DNA of 56,755 nt, filler included, from Platydemus manokwari (Eukaryota), in NCBI GenBank assembly GCA_037951405.1. It is 5 parts of 5 records of this genome, joined end to end, with 100 filler letters (N's around TTAATTAATTAA, not from the genome) between each part and the next. Parts side by side here need not be neighbours in the genome. Positions count along the whole stretch, not along the records: positions 1 to 10,845 come from JBBMOY011101220.1; positions 10,946 to 22,047 come from JBBMOY010907753.1; 3 more parts are not named here. One strand, written 5' to 3'. Both the position numbers and the translations under genes were made by a program. Of the stretch, positions 1 through 14,616 are shown piece after piece. Each line of letters starts with the position of its first letter. The stretch's first letter is position 1. Below the pieces are notes generated by a model. It saw only the letters and a list, made by a program, of their open reading frames with translations. It ran no database searches and was not told the DNA's origin.

Positions 1-3000
1 ACAATTAAATTTAAAAATACCTTTATTTTTATTGATATTTTAATATTGCATACTATTACATTTGAATTTGTTCAATTAATAGAAAAATGTAGGTTTTTCA
101 TAAATTTCGTAGTGAGAAAACATATGGAATATCACTATTTTTTGACAAAAATATAGTTCATTTTAAAAAAAATTAATTCATGATATCAATATTAAATGTT
201 AAAGTGAAAAGTATTTGATTCATAATGAAATTATTTTATCTAACATCGACGATATCAAAACTAGAATAGTGATAAAAATAGTATACACGACAATCGTTTT
301 GGCCTGAGTCATTATGTAAAATATGAGAGGAAAGGGTATTCGTTCTTAATTGTAATCGTTCACTTAACTTATCCATTTATAATTAAAGTTACAATTTAAA
401 TTACAAAATATAATTCTTATGTATTCGGGGAAGTCGATTACAATGGCAATATTTCTTGTGATGAGAGTAAAATTAAATTTGCTGAAACTGAAATGAATAA
501 TAAATTATATTTACAAGCGTTAAAATCTTATATTAAAACTAATCTTATCGTTGGAATCAAAGTTAATATTGTTCCATCACTTATATTCGTTATTGTGGGA
601 ATATTTTTGACAATGATGGTTTTAAATTATCTGAATTTCTTGGAATCGAGTTATTAGAATATATATTGAAAGAATTCCCAATCAGACAGTATGTTATCGA
701 AAACTAGACTTTTAGATTAATTTTCGCCTTAGCAACCTGTAAAAAATGGAAAAAATATACCAGATGTGGTTGGAGGAATAAAAGCTTTAGTTCATGAAAA
801 TGATTTTATTAGAATAACTCATTTCCAAAATTAAAATTATTATCTATGGTACCAGTTTTTACAAAATGAATCAATTCAATATAGTGTTATTGTGATTAGT
901 TAACTTCAGAAAGTTTTATATATTAGTCATGCCTGACTCCAGAAGCCAGTGTAACAAAATTATCTAAGCGATTTGAATTATAAATAAAATAAATAATACG
1001 ATAATATATATTTCTTCAAGAATAAAATAATTAATGATGACCAAAATGCAAATTATAAATAATCATTAGTAATTCTTAATTAACAGATAATATTTGACGA
1101 ATAACCAGGAATTGAATTACAGATTGTTTGATTATTTGTTATTGTTTCATGTTGTGATTTTACAAGATCCTTGTGCGGAGGGCTGCAAGGTTCTGAGTGC
1201 TTTATTTATTATAGCTGGGACCTAATAATCCAGCAATTACAAGGATGAATAAAGATTACTTATCGAGTTTTAAAAATTAATGAAAGAGCGTTTGGGCTAA
1301 ATGAAAGACACTTTCATTAATTAAATTTAGTTTATGATACATGATAAAATTTTAGGATAAATTTATAATAATAATTTTATTTTTGATAGCAATCGGTTTC
1401 TCGAATGGGATCAGTAATTTTTTCCTTCTTCCTTTTCAGATGAGAGTATTGCTTTAATAGCCAATATCTTGATTATTAATAATTGCAGGATGACGGCTGT
1501 GATTGATTAATTCCTGATCAGCTCTGTTTTGTTATTCCCAACGATGTTTAATGTGCATAAACCTCGACAGATATGTATGTCTTAATTTATTGGTAAATAA
1601 ACTGACGTTATTAATTCGATCTCGGGCTGATTGTAGAAACAACAAGGTTTTGATAAATAGTAATGAATTTAGTAATATAATTTGCTAATTTATTTGTTTT
1701 CATTTTATACTTGTTTCTATATGTTTTTGGCCTATCATCTTTTTCTTTTATTTTTGTATTTTTTGTATTTCATTTTTAGTAACTTTTATTTTATTATACT
1801 ATTTAATGTTTTATCTGTTCTATTTTTAGGTTTTATTAATTATATTTATATCGATTTTGCTATTTCTATTTATGGGAGGGTCTGACTCATTTAGCAAACT
1901 TAGAAAAAAAATTATATATATTTTAATGTTATTATTTTAGGGTATTTCTGTACCTAAAAATAGATAATTTTTTCTTAATTTTTTATTTAATTTTATTATG
2001 CAATTTCTTGATCCATTGATAATAAGTGAAAGTATTTTTGACAAATTTAAATTTAGTTGATTCTGTTTAAATTAATCTTATCAGAAAATGTAATGGATAC
2101 AAATACAAATACACGAAAAACACAGAATATTAAAAATACGAATAAATCATTGCAATTTCATTTTTAAAACGGATCACTTTTGTTATCTGGTAACACTTGA
2201 TGGCCATTTTTAAATAATTTGTTATGCTAGAATATTGTTAAACATATTGTGGGTAACACCAAAAATTATTGCGACTAAAATAAACAATATTTACAAAAAT
2301 AAATAAAACAAACTTCGAATCCTTTCAACAGCGTTAATCCTGGTACATTTATTTTTAAGATTGGTTAAACATAAATCCAACGGTAACTTTTACCAGTGTC
2401 AAAATATTTACTTTTCCATGTGAGTTATGGTTATTCACAATGTTAACTACAACAAAATATAATAAAATACTTTTATTAAAAGACCAGATAATTGACAAAC
2501 ATCAATTAAAGATTTACGAACACTAATAATCAAACAATAAATAAAGTATTACATGTAATGATATTGGTTATCATCATGATATATTATCATAATATATTAT
2601 CGGTCATATTAATTTTCATGACTTGCTACAACTTGTTATTATAAAACTTAAAATGGAAAAATTGGTAACACACAAAGTAGCAAGAGTGCAAAATGATGCA
2701 AGGATCTCAATATCAAATTATATACATTTCGGTCATATTAAATTGCTATGACTTGGATTGATAATCTTGACTGGTTTGTTGTCCCGGTCGATTACACGCG
2801 TCAAATATGCCTTTCTCTACATTTGACCAATTCATGCAACTCCACCAGTGGAAATCAGTGACATCTCCACTGTCCTCTCATTTAGTATTCTTAAAAATTG
2901 ATACACAAATTTGACACTTTTACAACATGGTACTTGAATTGCAGTTTATTTGTCTAATATTATAAACGGGTTAGCATTTTTTTATAGCGCCATTGTTTTA

Positions 3001-3651
3001 TAACAAGGACTTGGTATTTTAGTGTTTAAGATAATAATTAAATCGTTTATTTAATCATTAATGAAAATCGATTGGATTTTTAATTATTGAAAGACTACAC
3101 TAATTATAAAACAAATGAGAAAAAAAATTATTTTCAAATTAAAATAGATAAAATAGTAGATAAATAAGCACAATAGATATTGACGGACGACATAGTGACC
3201 ATATCACAATCACAAAATGGAAGACGATTAGCAAAATCAAATTTGCAGAACCAACATGAATTAAATCAATACTAGTTCTAATCAGCTAGTTTAAAGAATT
3301 GAATTATGAACCGCTGTTATCATGCCAATAAAAATAACCTGTTCACAACCCACCATGTTTTATCGAGTATAAAAGCATCATCAATCTCAGTTATTAGCAG
3401 AGAGTATTTCTAGCACGTTGGGATTTCAGAAAGGAATAGCATGAGCCCTTAAAAATTCTATATAACTTTGACCTGTTTCAACAGGATACATAATATTTGA
3501 ATTAAACTTGGATCTAGTACAAAGAATATCTCAGTGAAGAAGCTGAAAAAAGTTAAACTACTTTTATTCAGTGCAGTGTTTTCGATCGTTCTACCGCTGA
3601 GTGAAGTCCACTCTAAAGACTTTTTTCTTTTGCTTAAGACATACAATTATT

Positions 3652-4164
3652 ATTTTTACAATTATTTGATAAAAACAAATAATTCTGTACTATTAAACAT
3701 GTCATGAGTTTTCTAAATACATTTAAGTACATTTTCTTAAAAGGTCACTAATTTCAAATTTTCTCAATATCAGTTGCCATAGACTAACAATTGAAGAAAA
3801 TTGAAGAAAGTTAATAAAAGGAGTTTTAAAATAAAAGTTTTACTTTGTAGAGCGTATTGCAAAAATCTATATATAGTTTATTTAATTAAATTCTTTAAAA
3901 TTATTTTGAATTTTTTATTTAAGTACTTAAGAAGAATTTTAGTCCTTTTAAATCAAATATATTAGAACTTTAAAATTTCCTAAAATTTTATTTTTTGAAA
4001 AACGGTTCAAATTAGGTCGAATTGAAATTCATTAAAAACTAGGGAGGATCTTCTTTTTAATATTAGAAGCAAATTGAGACATTATATCAATTTTTACAAT
4101 TATTTGTTAAAAACAAATAATTCTGGACTAGTAAACATGTTATGAGTTTTCTAAGTTCATTTAT
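3652..4164 (+). repeat. Diverged direct repeat of about 74 bp (3652-3725 and 4090-4164)
   Basis: ATTTTTACAATTATTTG.TAAAAACAAATAATTCTG.ACTA.TAAACATGT.ATGAGTTTTCTAA occurs twice, 438 bp apart. Confidence 0.8.
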
Positions 4165-7100
4165 ATTTAAATAATTTTAAATTTACAAAATCGAAAAATC
4201 ATGTAGAAGTGTTGTGATTAGAATAGGAATGTGGTTTAAAAACCTTTTTTGATCTTATTCGATCGACATCCTGAAAAGTGAGATTTTATGCGAATAAATC
4301 TAGCTTAGTAAAAGGGTATAAAAATCTAATATAAAGGCAAACATTTTTAAAAAATTTATTATGGTAAAATATTCATCTTATTTATATTCTATGACCGACA
4401 CAAAGCAATCCTAGATGAAAATATAACATTATAAACATAAAATTAACATTTAAAGTACTACTTTATATTAAATTGATGATGGGGTAGTAGAACCCAAGAA
4501 TTATTAATATATAAAATTTTGACCTAAAATTTAAATCATTTGCAAAAATTAATTTTTACGTTTAATCTGACAAAATTATTTATGAAATTAAATTATAAAA
4601 ATACCCCATGGTAGAAAATTCGTTATTATGAAAGCAGGTCAAATTACCCCCTTTTTTAAAGTTAAGCCGATTTATGGAATTTAATTTAAAATTAATGATA
4701 ATAAATACGTGAATATAATCCGAATCTATGAACTAAAGCAATGGATTGACATGCCTAGAAGGTGAACACAATTTTTTATTAATATTACGATTTATTTGTT
4801 AATTTATTGTTCTTATGTTAACCTATAAAATGTGAGAAATTCTATCAAAAACATTTTTGTGTGGAAAATGAATTTCTCAACTCATACTTTTAGAAGATTA
4901 TTAATAAATCAATACTGTGATTCTACTAATCTATGGGAATAAATGATTGACTTATTTTAAATCAGTATTGGCCATTGCATTTTCAAGTGCTCATTACGAC
5001 GATTGGAAGTAACTAAATATTCAATATTTTCTAATTTCCGCTACTTAGTGGACCACAGTAGTCAATACTCAAATTACACAAATTTCCTTCATTTACCAGC
5101 CACTTTGCGTTCTATCAACACCGAGTAAAGCGAGTAAATTGAGAAGTAGTCCTACCCAAATTCTATTAGCACTCCGACCACACTGTTTTAGAAATAGTTG
5201 GGCTGATTAATTAACTTGCTCTTTTGTTGATCTGCTTGCATGTAAATCAACGGTCACAGTGGTAGATCACCTAATTCTGGTAACGAGGGTTAATCAATCC
5301 AGTTACCAGCTATATGCAAATTACTCGAGAGCTCTAGTGGTTAGTAGGAGAATCCATTCCGTTTACAAATCATTATTTTGATATGGCGGCTTGAAATTAG
5401 ATATACATATCTCGGAATGCTGATACCGACATTTGTTCTTAGAGAAATTTAATTACCATTACTTGTTTTAATATTACAAATACTTTTCTATAACTGTATG
5501 ATTGATGTCATTATTGGGTCGACATATTTGAATTATCTTTCTTTTATTTTTTTTAGTGTTTCTTCTGTGACGACAAGATTTTTTCTTCGTGGATTTTTTA
5601 AATTTATAGATTTTTGATAAGTATTTTAATTAAATTTTCAAGATCTATATTCGTCATTACTATTTCAAAAAATATGCAATTGAAAATAGACTTAAGAACT
5701 TCAAACTAAAAAGTATATTTAATCCAATTATTCAAACAAATTAGAATGTAAATATATTTTCTACTTAGACTGATCATTTGAAATGAAGTTGAATTTAAAA
5801 TCATCACATATATATTCCAAAAATATAAACAAACTCCAATATTCAATGAAAACTTTTCTCACAAAGTGCTCTTTGGATAGAATCTCATCAACGAAGGATC
5901 TGATATCGCGATAATTGTATTATGGGACCCACCTTGTTGTAATAAAGCTCGTCTACTTCAACATCTTCAAATAAATTTTTCAGACACCTTTTTCCATTTT
6001 TCCTTTTGTCAGGAAAAGAAGGATCTGATGACGTCAATACTTTTAATATTTCAATTATTAATGAATTACGAAATAATAAATAAAAATATATCTGGTTTTG
6101 GAATTATATATTATTTTTTCGATTATATTCTTCATACGACGTCATTGCATTACTTCATTGAAGTCTTTATCGAGTAGAAAGGATAATACTAGCAAACTAA
6201 ACTTGATCAATGACAGTGTCACTTTCAATTTAAATAAATATAATTTTATACCATCGATTAAATCTCCTTTGTAGTATTATAGATTGTGCTAGATTACCAT
6301 GGTATCAGTCAAAAGCATCTTCTATTTATAAAATAATAAATTTTAGTAAATTGGCTTTGTTATTCTGATTTCAATAGATTGATAAAGGAGTTGCTATTAA
6401 TTTCCTTTTAACGATGCAGAATTATAATCGTAAAGTAGTATATAATCGTCACAGTATATTTTGTGAAAGACCCCTCAAAAGTATAACACCCAGTAACCAA
6501 ATCAAAAATTAATCTGTATTCCAAGTAATGAGTACATATATCGAGCAAAGCAATCACTTATTGATCAACCTCACTCAGCTAAATTTATAAACACACTCAC
6601 ATTTCTTTAATAGGCTGTCTGAACCGACTTGATACTTTTAAATCGATCGACCATATTGTATAGATTTTCTGAAAAATTATCTCGAAATTTACAGGATAAA
6701 AATAATTCTGATAAAACTACTATTAAAATTATATCAAAATTTATTGCTCGAAAGTAAGTTAAAACCTTAAGATATCACTCAGACGACGATTATAATATTT
6801 CATAATAATAAAATATAAATGCCATACTCATTAATATGAGTAAATTTATATGAATTTTAATATCAATCAATAAAAGCAATCATTAAAACAAAACTCCTTT
6901 TAAACAAACCGAAAGAGTAAAATTGTGAATTCCAGTCTGTAATTGTAGATGTATGGTAGCAATTACCAATAATCAATCCTTAACTGTTTATCTATCCTCA
7001 ATACAACAACCACTCGAATGCTTATGTTTCCATCGAGTGTTTGAACAACTCTCACACGTCAAAGAGTTAAACACCAACGACATTTTACTAACAAAGATCT

Positions 7101-7859
7101 TACTCTTAGAATCACTAAAATGATAATGATGGATCACATACTTAAGTATTCTCTAGAACTCACGTGTGTTCCAGGATTAGAAAATAATCTCGTCCGATAA
7201 TTTAGTGCGATTATAAGCCTTTCAAGTGTATGCATTGTTATACCCAAATATTATTCTATGAGAATGATTTGATGAATTTCTATTTTCGATTCCATAAATT
7301 TAATAATAAAATATTTTTCCTGAATTTTCCAGGTTACCAATGATGTTCGTTTAAACAATCTTTTTATTCTCCTCAATCGATTTCACAAAGCAGGCGATTT
7401 TCATTTTTGATTTGACACTGAAATCCAAAGAAATGTCTAAATTGGTAATTTATTTTTGATCAGCACTTCGTTACTAAGCAACGCCATTTGTAGGTCAAGT
7501 GTTATTTTTCGAATGTATTATCAAATAAATTAGGAATTTTAAATAATAATTAATTGGCGTTTATAAAGAATTGGATGAAATAATAAATAAAATCAAATGA
7601 ATAAATAATTGAAGACAAACTTTTCTGCATGAAAACTATTTCCCCTCATTATTCTAGTATGAAATTGAAATATCGAATCAGATGATATCTCAAATTCAGA
7701 TATGGGATAATGAAAAAATTTAAATGAGTCCATTCAAACAAACTATTATTCGAATTATCATAGTTCCAAAGAATACCAGCTGCCCGATCAGTATGAAATT
7801 CAACGGGACGAAAATTAGCGGTTGCCAACTGGCATTGTATTGATGTTATATAAATTCGC

Positions 7860-10250
7860 AAACAAATAGTTTTTAATTAAATGATAATCAACGCTGCACC
7901 ATTGAAAATCCGCTGTTTAATTCGTTCTGAATCAACAATTAATATGGTGGGCGAGAGAGAGAGAGATATCTCACAGCTCTTCTGTGATATCACAGAACCC
8001 CTGCTGTTTCACACTTGCATCGCGATAATTGCTATCGACAAAACAAACTAATCAAGACTGGACTCAATTCTGAAATGAACCTTGTAAACTAATTATCATT
8101 CATTGTGTTGCAATTAGCCATGATAAGCTCGAATGAGAAGTCCACACAGGTTGATTGGCGGACAGATAAGTCTGTTGTTACTATTCCATATTTGTACGGG
8201 CTTCATCGGTAGTGTTTGATCTGGATAAAGAGCTCGTTGATTTTTTGGTCGTTTATGGGCAGATATTCTTCCAATGGAAACGATTTGGCGTGAGATTATG
8301 ATGATTGCATTGCTTTATTAACGCACCATCAGACATGGGAGATGTTTGCAAAAATGGTATTGATAGCCGTTTGATTGAATCAGAGTATAAAATTTTCCTA
8401 CATTATATTTAGAAGAGTGTTTCAAAACTTTATATTAAGTTATTATGGATTTTATCCCTCATTTGAACTGATTCGAACCATATCCCGATTTCTTTTTTTG
8501 TTACGATTTCTCTTGGCATCTTAAATACTCAACATCCAATCCAAACCCATTTCATTAAATGTTTAACTTCTTCCCCTAGCGACCCAATATAAGATATTGT
8601 TGTTAAGCAATTTATTTCATTTATCCTCACATATGAAATGGTATAATTTCGAGCAAAACAAAATTACAAATAAAGCAAAGAACATTTTTTTTCATTGAAT
8701 CTCAAGCGATAATTATCATTATAAATGAGCATTACTCCATCACCGATAGAATGTCCTGTAAAAATGTGAATCGAAGACAAAATGTCATCATATCTTTTGT
8801 CTTGTACTCGGTTAGTCTCTTACCAACAACCGATCTCCCATGGAAAGAAATCCCACTAAAGTGGACAACGGTGTCATTGCATGTCAGATTATATAATCTC
8901 CTAGACGATTAGAACATTTCAAGCAAGAAAAGAAAATCTGCTGATGGCTAATTTGATAGACCAGAGACGTAATAGTGCTTCCATGATTTGTCGATGTGAC
9001 ACATGTCTTGGGGCATTATTCGCGACAATGAAAATTCATGGTTGTGGTAGAGTGGAATTGTGCCACTAGCGACCTACTAATCACTATGACAAGAGGTTAT
9101 GTTGTGAAGCAGTAAAAATTCATGTGTTATCAAATCTGAAAATTATTGTTGGAATCATTTATAATGGCGATCGAAGAAACTGGACATCTAATAGGAGAAT
9201 AGTTAATGTTAAGAGGTAATCAATGTCATCAGTGATTCCCTTTTATGTAAATTATATTATTATTTTTTTTATTTTATTGGGCAGAATTTGTTTTAATAGT
9301 TAATTTTATTTCATCTCAGTTTGTTTTAATTAGATAAATATTTTTTGTTTTCTTTTATATTTATTCGCTCAATTATATCGATAAATATATTTCAGCTAAA
9401 ATCTTCACCGATATCAATGAAAAATCAATGCGTCTTTAATAGAATAATCGATACATTTTCTCTTAAATCAATACCACAAAATATGCTAGAACATTATTCA
9501 TGAGGCGAATTCATCGCCATGTAAAATCATCAGATTCGTCCATAATTCACGTAAATTGCTACGATTGATATAAATATTAGAAAATGTATTGCATCGATCT
9601 TCCATCTTTCGATTAATGTTCATGAGTGAATAACAAGTGTGCCCGTTTGTTTCACTAGCGGGTACGCATATCGTGTCAATTGTTTCAGTAATCATTCTGC
9701 CTGAGAGCCATTGACACCTGCTAATGACAAGAACGTCTCAAACCAACCGGTGCAGCCTCTACGGTAATTCTCCATGATTCCGAAATCTATTAGCCGCTAT
9801 ATTGCCCTCGTAGCCACTCTAGACGAATTGTTGCGTGAACAGCGTTAGCGAGTCAAGAGCAATTACGGGATTGTAGATATATATTCGTTTACACTGAGTT
9901 CTGTTGATGATTATTGCTTTTTCTAATTTACGAAGTTGCAGAGTCGTTGTCGGGTGGGATAATGTGATCAATTTCGTTTATTGTCGATAACAACCGTTGA
10001 TTGCCCTGCAGTTAAACTTTTTTCTTAATTATGTTGATTTGATTGTTTTTATACTACTTACAAAACAACATAATGTCGTAGTTGCCATCAGATCGAATGA
10101 TAATTTAATTTCTGATAACTTGGCTCAATTCGGCAATGATCTTTGTAATTGAATCGATTTGTGGAATCCTGATTGATTGGGTCTGGTAAATGTTTCGTTG
10201 GCTGTTCACTGGTGGAATATGACAATCAAATTTTGTGAAGATTTTTTTTA
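7860..10250 (-). mobile_element. Heavily degraded Ty3/Gypsy-like pol remnant (RT then integrase fragments)
   Basis: Minus-strand fragments HEF..RIMP / IMEALLR (about 8960-9050), DVEYLRC (about 8520), SPMSDG, EEYLP and SPYKYG (about 8180-8350), in Gypsy order; many stops. Confidence 0.4.
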
Positions 10251-10279
10251 TACTTGATTATGGGAATATTTATTCAGAT

Positions 10280-10845
10280 TTTTTTTTCGTTATTTTTTAT
10301 TCGATATTATTCGTTAGAAACGGAATATGGTAAAAATCGAGAATGCAAATTGAAAATGACGAAATAATTTTGAAGCTATTCTAATTTTGTACATACCAGC
10401 ACGTGCACACACATACCGTATTTTCCGGACTATAAGTTGCATCCTAACTATGAGCTGAGACTGATTAATGCATAAATTTATATTTAAAATGTATAGCAAG
10501 ATTTAATGGTCCTCGTCATCTAAAATGTTACATTCGCTTATATTAATATCATCGCCATCTTTTTTTTAATATTCCAGCCTTAATAAATCCTAAAAATCTG
10601 TTTTATATAGTTTTGTAGTCCGGAAAATACGGTACATGAAATATAATTTAGATTTTCGATACACACACAGTGGATAATCCTTTTTCTTTATTATTTTTTC
10701 AGAATTGTTTCAGTATAAATCAATAAAATAGTGCAGCCATTAATAGAAATTGGCATTTATTTAATCAGTTTTTTTTCGTTATTTTTTATTCGATATTATT
10801 CGTTAGAAACGGAATATGGTAAAAATCGAGAATGCAAATTGAAAA
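10280..10845 (+). repeat. Direct repeat with 489-bp period; second unit truncated by gap
   Basis: About 76 nt at 10280-10356 recur identically at 10769-10845. Confidence 0.8.
10416..10632. mobile_element. Tc2/pogo-type MITE (217 bp)
   Basis: Perfect 17-bp TIR CCGTATTTTCCGGACTA / TAGTCCGGAAAATACGG with TA on both sides. Confidence 0.85.
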
Positions 10846-10945
10846 NNNNNNNNNNNNNNNNNNNNNNNNNNNNNNNNNNNNNNNNNNNNTTAATTAATTA
10901 ANNNNNNNNNNNNNNNNNNNNNNNNNNNNNNNNNNNNNNNNNNNN
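10846..10945. other. Assembly spacer N44-TTAATTAATTAA-N44 (also 22048-22147, 35984-36083, 45837-45936)
   Basis: Identical 100-nt layout four times; the 12-mer puts stops in all six frames. Confidence 0.98.
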
Positions 10946-11611
10946 TTCGATACTTAAATCCTTTCTCTTTCGTTTTGACTTTGTGTTTTTTATATCTATA
11001 TTAACGAAATTTGGAAATTTAGTTAACAAGATATTGTTTTCACGAAGGATATCCAAATTTCTGATATCAGGGTTATACAATCTTAATTTTGGACATTTTT
11101 CTTTGTTATTAGAAAATGTCTTATTTACAGATTCTGATAAATCAATCAAACTATTTTTTCTTGGATTGAGTGAATCTCGATTTGAAAATGAACTTAATTT
11201 TTGTTTGGGAGTGTTCTCTAAAGTTCTAATTGGCAAGCTCAAATTTTGATAATGATAATTATGCTTCTTGTAGTTAAATTCCAAACATCCATTTATAATA
11301 TCACTTAGATCTTTCTTTGAACAAAGCTTCGGACTAATTTTATAATTACTTTTCTGTTTACTATACACCAAATCATGATTCGGAAGTTCAGTTGCCTTTG
11401 AATTATTGTTAGAAACTGAAAAATTCTTGGATTTCTTTTTCTTTTTGGGAACATGGGAAAGTTGCACATTTGCATTTGTTATATACCTCTTTGCTTCATC
11501 TTTTTCAGCATTAAATAAATAAGACTTTTCCATTTCATTCAAATACGATATATTTTCATCAAAACTTTTTAATCTAAAAATTAACTGTTTTGAAGATAAA
11601 ACACCAGCCAT
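10946..11611 (-). CDS. Lys/Asn/Ser-rich uncharacterised protein, 3' part lost in assembly gap
   Basis: More than 220 stop-free codons from ATG GCT GGT (11611) to the N-gap; basic NLS-like runs PKKKKKSK and KSKRKRK. The ORF-track stop lies in the artificial linker. Confidence 0.55.
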
Positions 11612-13679
11612 TGCAAAAATGTGTTTCAATGATAGATTAGATAAAATGTTAAATAACAGGAACCAATCAAATAACTAAAGCTAATCAGTAACCTTATTTT
11701 TATAACTTGCTTGTGTTATTTATAATTTAATTTAAAAATTAAATAAGTTCTGATATTATAAAAGAATATATAGAGCTTCTAATAATTGCTTCATTTTTGA
11801 GTTCCTATTATTCTAATTCTAATCATTTTATATAATTAATGTATAAATTGTAGTGTTATTGTTAAAGACTAGTCTCAACATTCTTTTAATTTTTTAAACT
11901 CTTCAAAATATTAATTCAGAACAATCTCTAGTCCAATTAATTTTATTTGAAGGTCGATCTTGTCATAAATCCATAATCAGACTTTAAAGTATGAAGAACT
12001 AAAAACTCTGCAAATATTTTAACATGGAATGTTATATAATACAATGAGAACACTCTTCTTCAACAGACAGTCATTTCAAAACAAGAACGTCAGTTCAGAG
12101 AACTCATCAAAATTAAAAATACAAAACTTCATTTATTTTGGAAAATAATTTTGCTATTTGGAATTTGATTATTGCTACAATAATATTGTTGTGCTCAGGC
12201 GAATTGAAAATTGCTAAACTGTATTTCAAAAAATAGCACTAATAAGTATTAGTTCAATATCTCCAAATTCATCAAAATACTTCATCAATAAAATACAAAA
12301 ATATCATATTACTCTGCTTCCAATTGGCATTTGGTGTGTATACTTGAGATTTGTGTGTTGTTTATGAGTCATGCTTTTATTAAATTTTTTATTTCTTAAA
12401 TTATAATTGGATTTATTGATTTCGTGTGGTCGGGATTAGTCTATCAGCATGTGTGAATTACAGTGGAGTTATGATCATTTCTCGAATAAAAATATCCAAT
12501 TTAAGTCTTCTCTGATTTCCTGGTTGCTATACATGTATGATTGTGTAAGCATGCATATGCTTAAAGTTTTAAGGTGTAAAATCATTTTTCTTTATTGTGA
12601 TTTCGTATTTACCAATAATATCAATTATTTTGATCAAGTGCAATCATCATGGTTATAATAGTATTCAGCTATTGTAATTGTTCAGAGTAGTTTCGTTGTA
12701 CTTTTTAGTGTAGGTAATACACATTGTCAAATAACACATGCGACTCTAAATAATCAATCACAGATCTTTAAATTAACAATCATTGATTAAATTTTGGTTT
12801 TCACTGGGACATATCTACAAAAATTACGAGCACCGAAATCCACAAACGGTATGAGAAGTTAACGGAAATCTACCAAATAAATACATTAGTAAATTTTACT
12901 AAATAAGTGGTGAAATTTAAGCAGCAAAGAAACTCAGCCTATAAAAAGTGTCGACTTTCAATAACAACTGACAGTCTTATGGTAGGTAAAACTGTCGTTA
13001 TCTAACACGTCTTATAATCCTCACAAACCCCATTCAAAAATTTTGAGATTTTAACAAGATGTAGTTCGGTGTATTGTAGCTAAAAGGTAGATTAAAAGAA
13101 AAGTCCGTTATCCAATTTTTATGGTGTTTGGTTATTATTATTGTCTTTGTTGTTGCTGTTGTTCAATAATACTTGGTTTTCAATGTTAAAAGATGTATTT
13201 AAAGCTCAACAGCGCGAGTTCTTAATGATTTATTTATGTTCAATTATTCATATAGAAGCTCTTAAATTAACAAACACGAATTACTTTTAAGCTTTAATTT
13301 AATATTAAATTACAAATTTTTACACACAATTTAACTCACATTACAAAGTCAGCAAAAATATGTAGAGTTTTCTTGTTGATAAAGCAAGAACATAATTATG
13401 ATCTTAACGAATATGATTTATAGATTTTAAAAATAGGTCATTATTGATCCAAATGAGTCTGATCGTTTTGTCAAGTTAAATTTGATAAAATAATTTCATC
13501 TTTATCAAGTATGATTATTCTCTTCTCTTTAAATTCAAATAAATAATGCATTATCGATTATTATTTCTTTTCTCTTCCTTTTAAACCTCGAACTGTACAT
13601 TTTCACAACTCTTGATAAAATTCAAAATTTATGAAGTTTTGTAAGAATGTTTTGTGGTCGTTTCATATTAACGCATATA

Positions 13680-13866
13680 GTAGCTGACTTTAGGTACTTC
13701 GTACCCGAGGGCTATTCGGAAAATTCTATCAATTTCATACCTTTAATAAATTTTTAACATTTTAAATTAAACTTCATTACTTTTCTTACCTTGATTTATC
13801 TTATTCTATCTATTTTTATTATTTTTTTATGAATTTATTAAATAGTTATATATATATATATATATA
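13680..13866 (-). mobile_element. Possible short non-autonomous Helitron (related copy 46597-46738)
   Basis: Minus strand: (TA)n, A-rich body, hairpin GGTACGAAGTACC, then CTAC-T. The second copy has GGTACGAAATACC then CTAG-T. Confidence 0.4.
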
Positions 13867-14616
13867 ATCAGATTTAATTTGTATTGGATTGGATTTGATT
13901 AGAATTCAAAGATTTAAATTTCGATTTTGTTTAGCTAATTCTCAGGCATCTCAATCCATTCTTCAAAATCTCTTTTTTTTCTTTAATTTTTCATGGCTTA
14001 TTTTCAGGCTGGATCACTGCGACCACTTGTTATGAGCTTTCGTCTCTCTATTGCGCTCTCTCTATGTCAAATTTTTTTGAAGTTATCACATCTATTCAAC
14101 TCTGTCTCGGCATTTTTCTTCTTTCCTTTATTCATAAGGGTTGACAGCCGTGGATATTTCCTTGTTTTCAGGTACGTTATTTTCTTACGTACATTTTCTT
14201 CACTATCTGATTAGAGTACGCGCTTAATCATGTTATGCTCTTCCCAACAATACCAAGAATATATTAAGTAGCAAAATTAATAAAAAAAATACTTAGATAT
14301 TAGAAGGAGATGTTTGCTAATTTAGGAGTTGGTATACGTAATATTTATTTTTCTATTTTTCATCTCATTTTGCTACACTTTTCATTGTGATAATTTGCCT
14401 TTGTTGATGAATTGCTTTAACTTAAAATTTTGTGCATCCAGTAATTAAATTTAATTTATCTTATATAAAATTTAATGACATTTATTGTTTATATTATGCT
14501 GAAATCAAGAACTGGTATTTCAGTGACTTATTAGTATCTTTAATGATATGCTAGTTACATTATACATTAATAATATTAATTTTATTTAGTGAATAAAATC
14601 GATTATATTTAAATTA

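Noticed and set aside
300-850. Broken coding-like frames at the window start
   Set aside because: Multiple stops and no recognisable motif.
1682-1885. Short hydrophobic F/L/I/Y-rich ORFs (also 30664, 39622, 21027, 56125)
   Set aside because: Expected by chance from T-rich low-complexity DNA; no motifs or splice support.
3190-3646. LEWTSLSG and IKHGGL fragments suggesting a Transib/Chapaev-like transposase
   Set aside because: Too fragmentary; no TPYxH or catalytic Glu motif recovered.
6026-6074. CTGATGA...CGAAA hammerhead candidate (similar at 459 and 39606)
   Set aside because: Stem II or the catalytic core does not fit, and no stem I/III can be formed.
8469-8478. T-loop-like GGTTCGAATC on the minus strand
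   Set aside because: No cloverleaf; lies within Gypsy-like debris.
10890-10901. TTAATTAATTAA repeated four times at 10-14 kb intervals
   Set aside because: Always centred in N runs; an assembly linker, not biology. It also creates false stops for ORFs 10898 and 22100.
10983-11249. Antisense or alternate-frame ORFs (also 15114, 26600, 26765, 26906, 27421, 48979)
   Set aside because: Shadows of real genes or of the RT.
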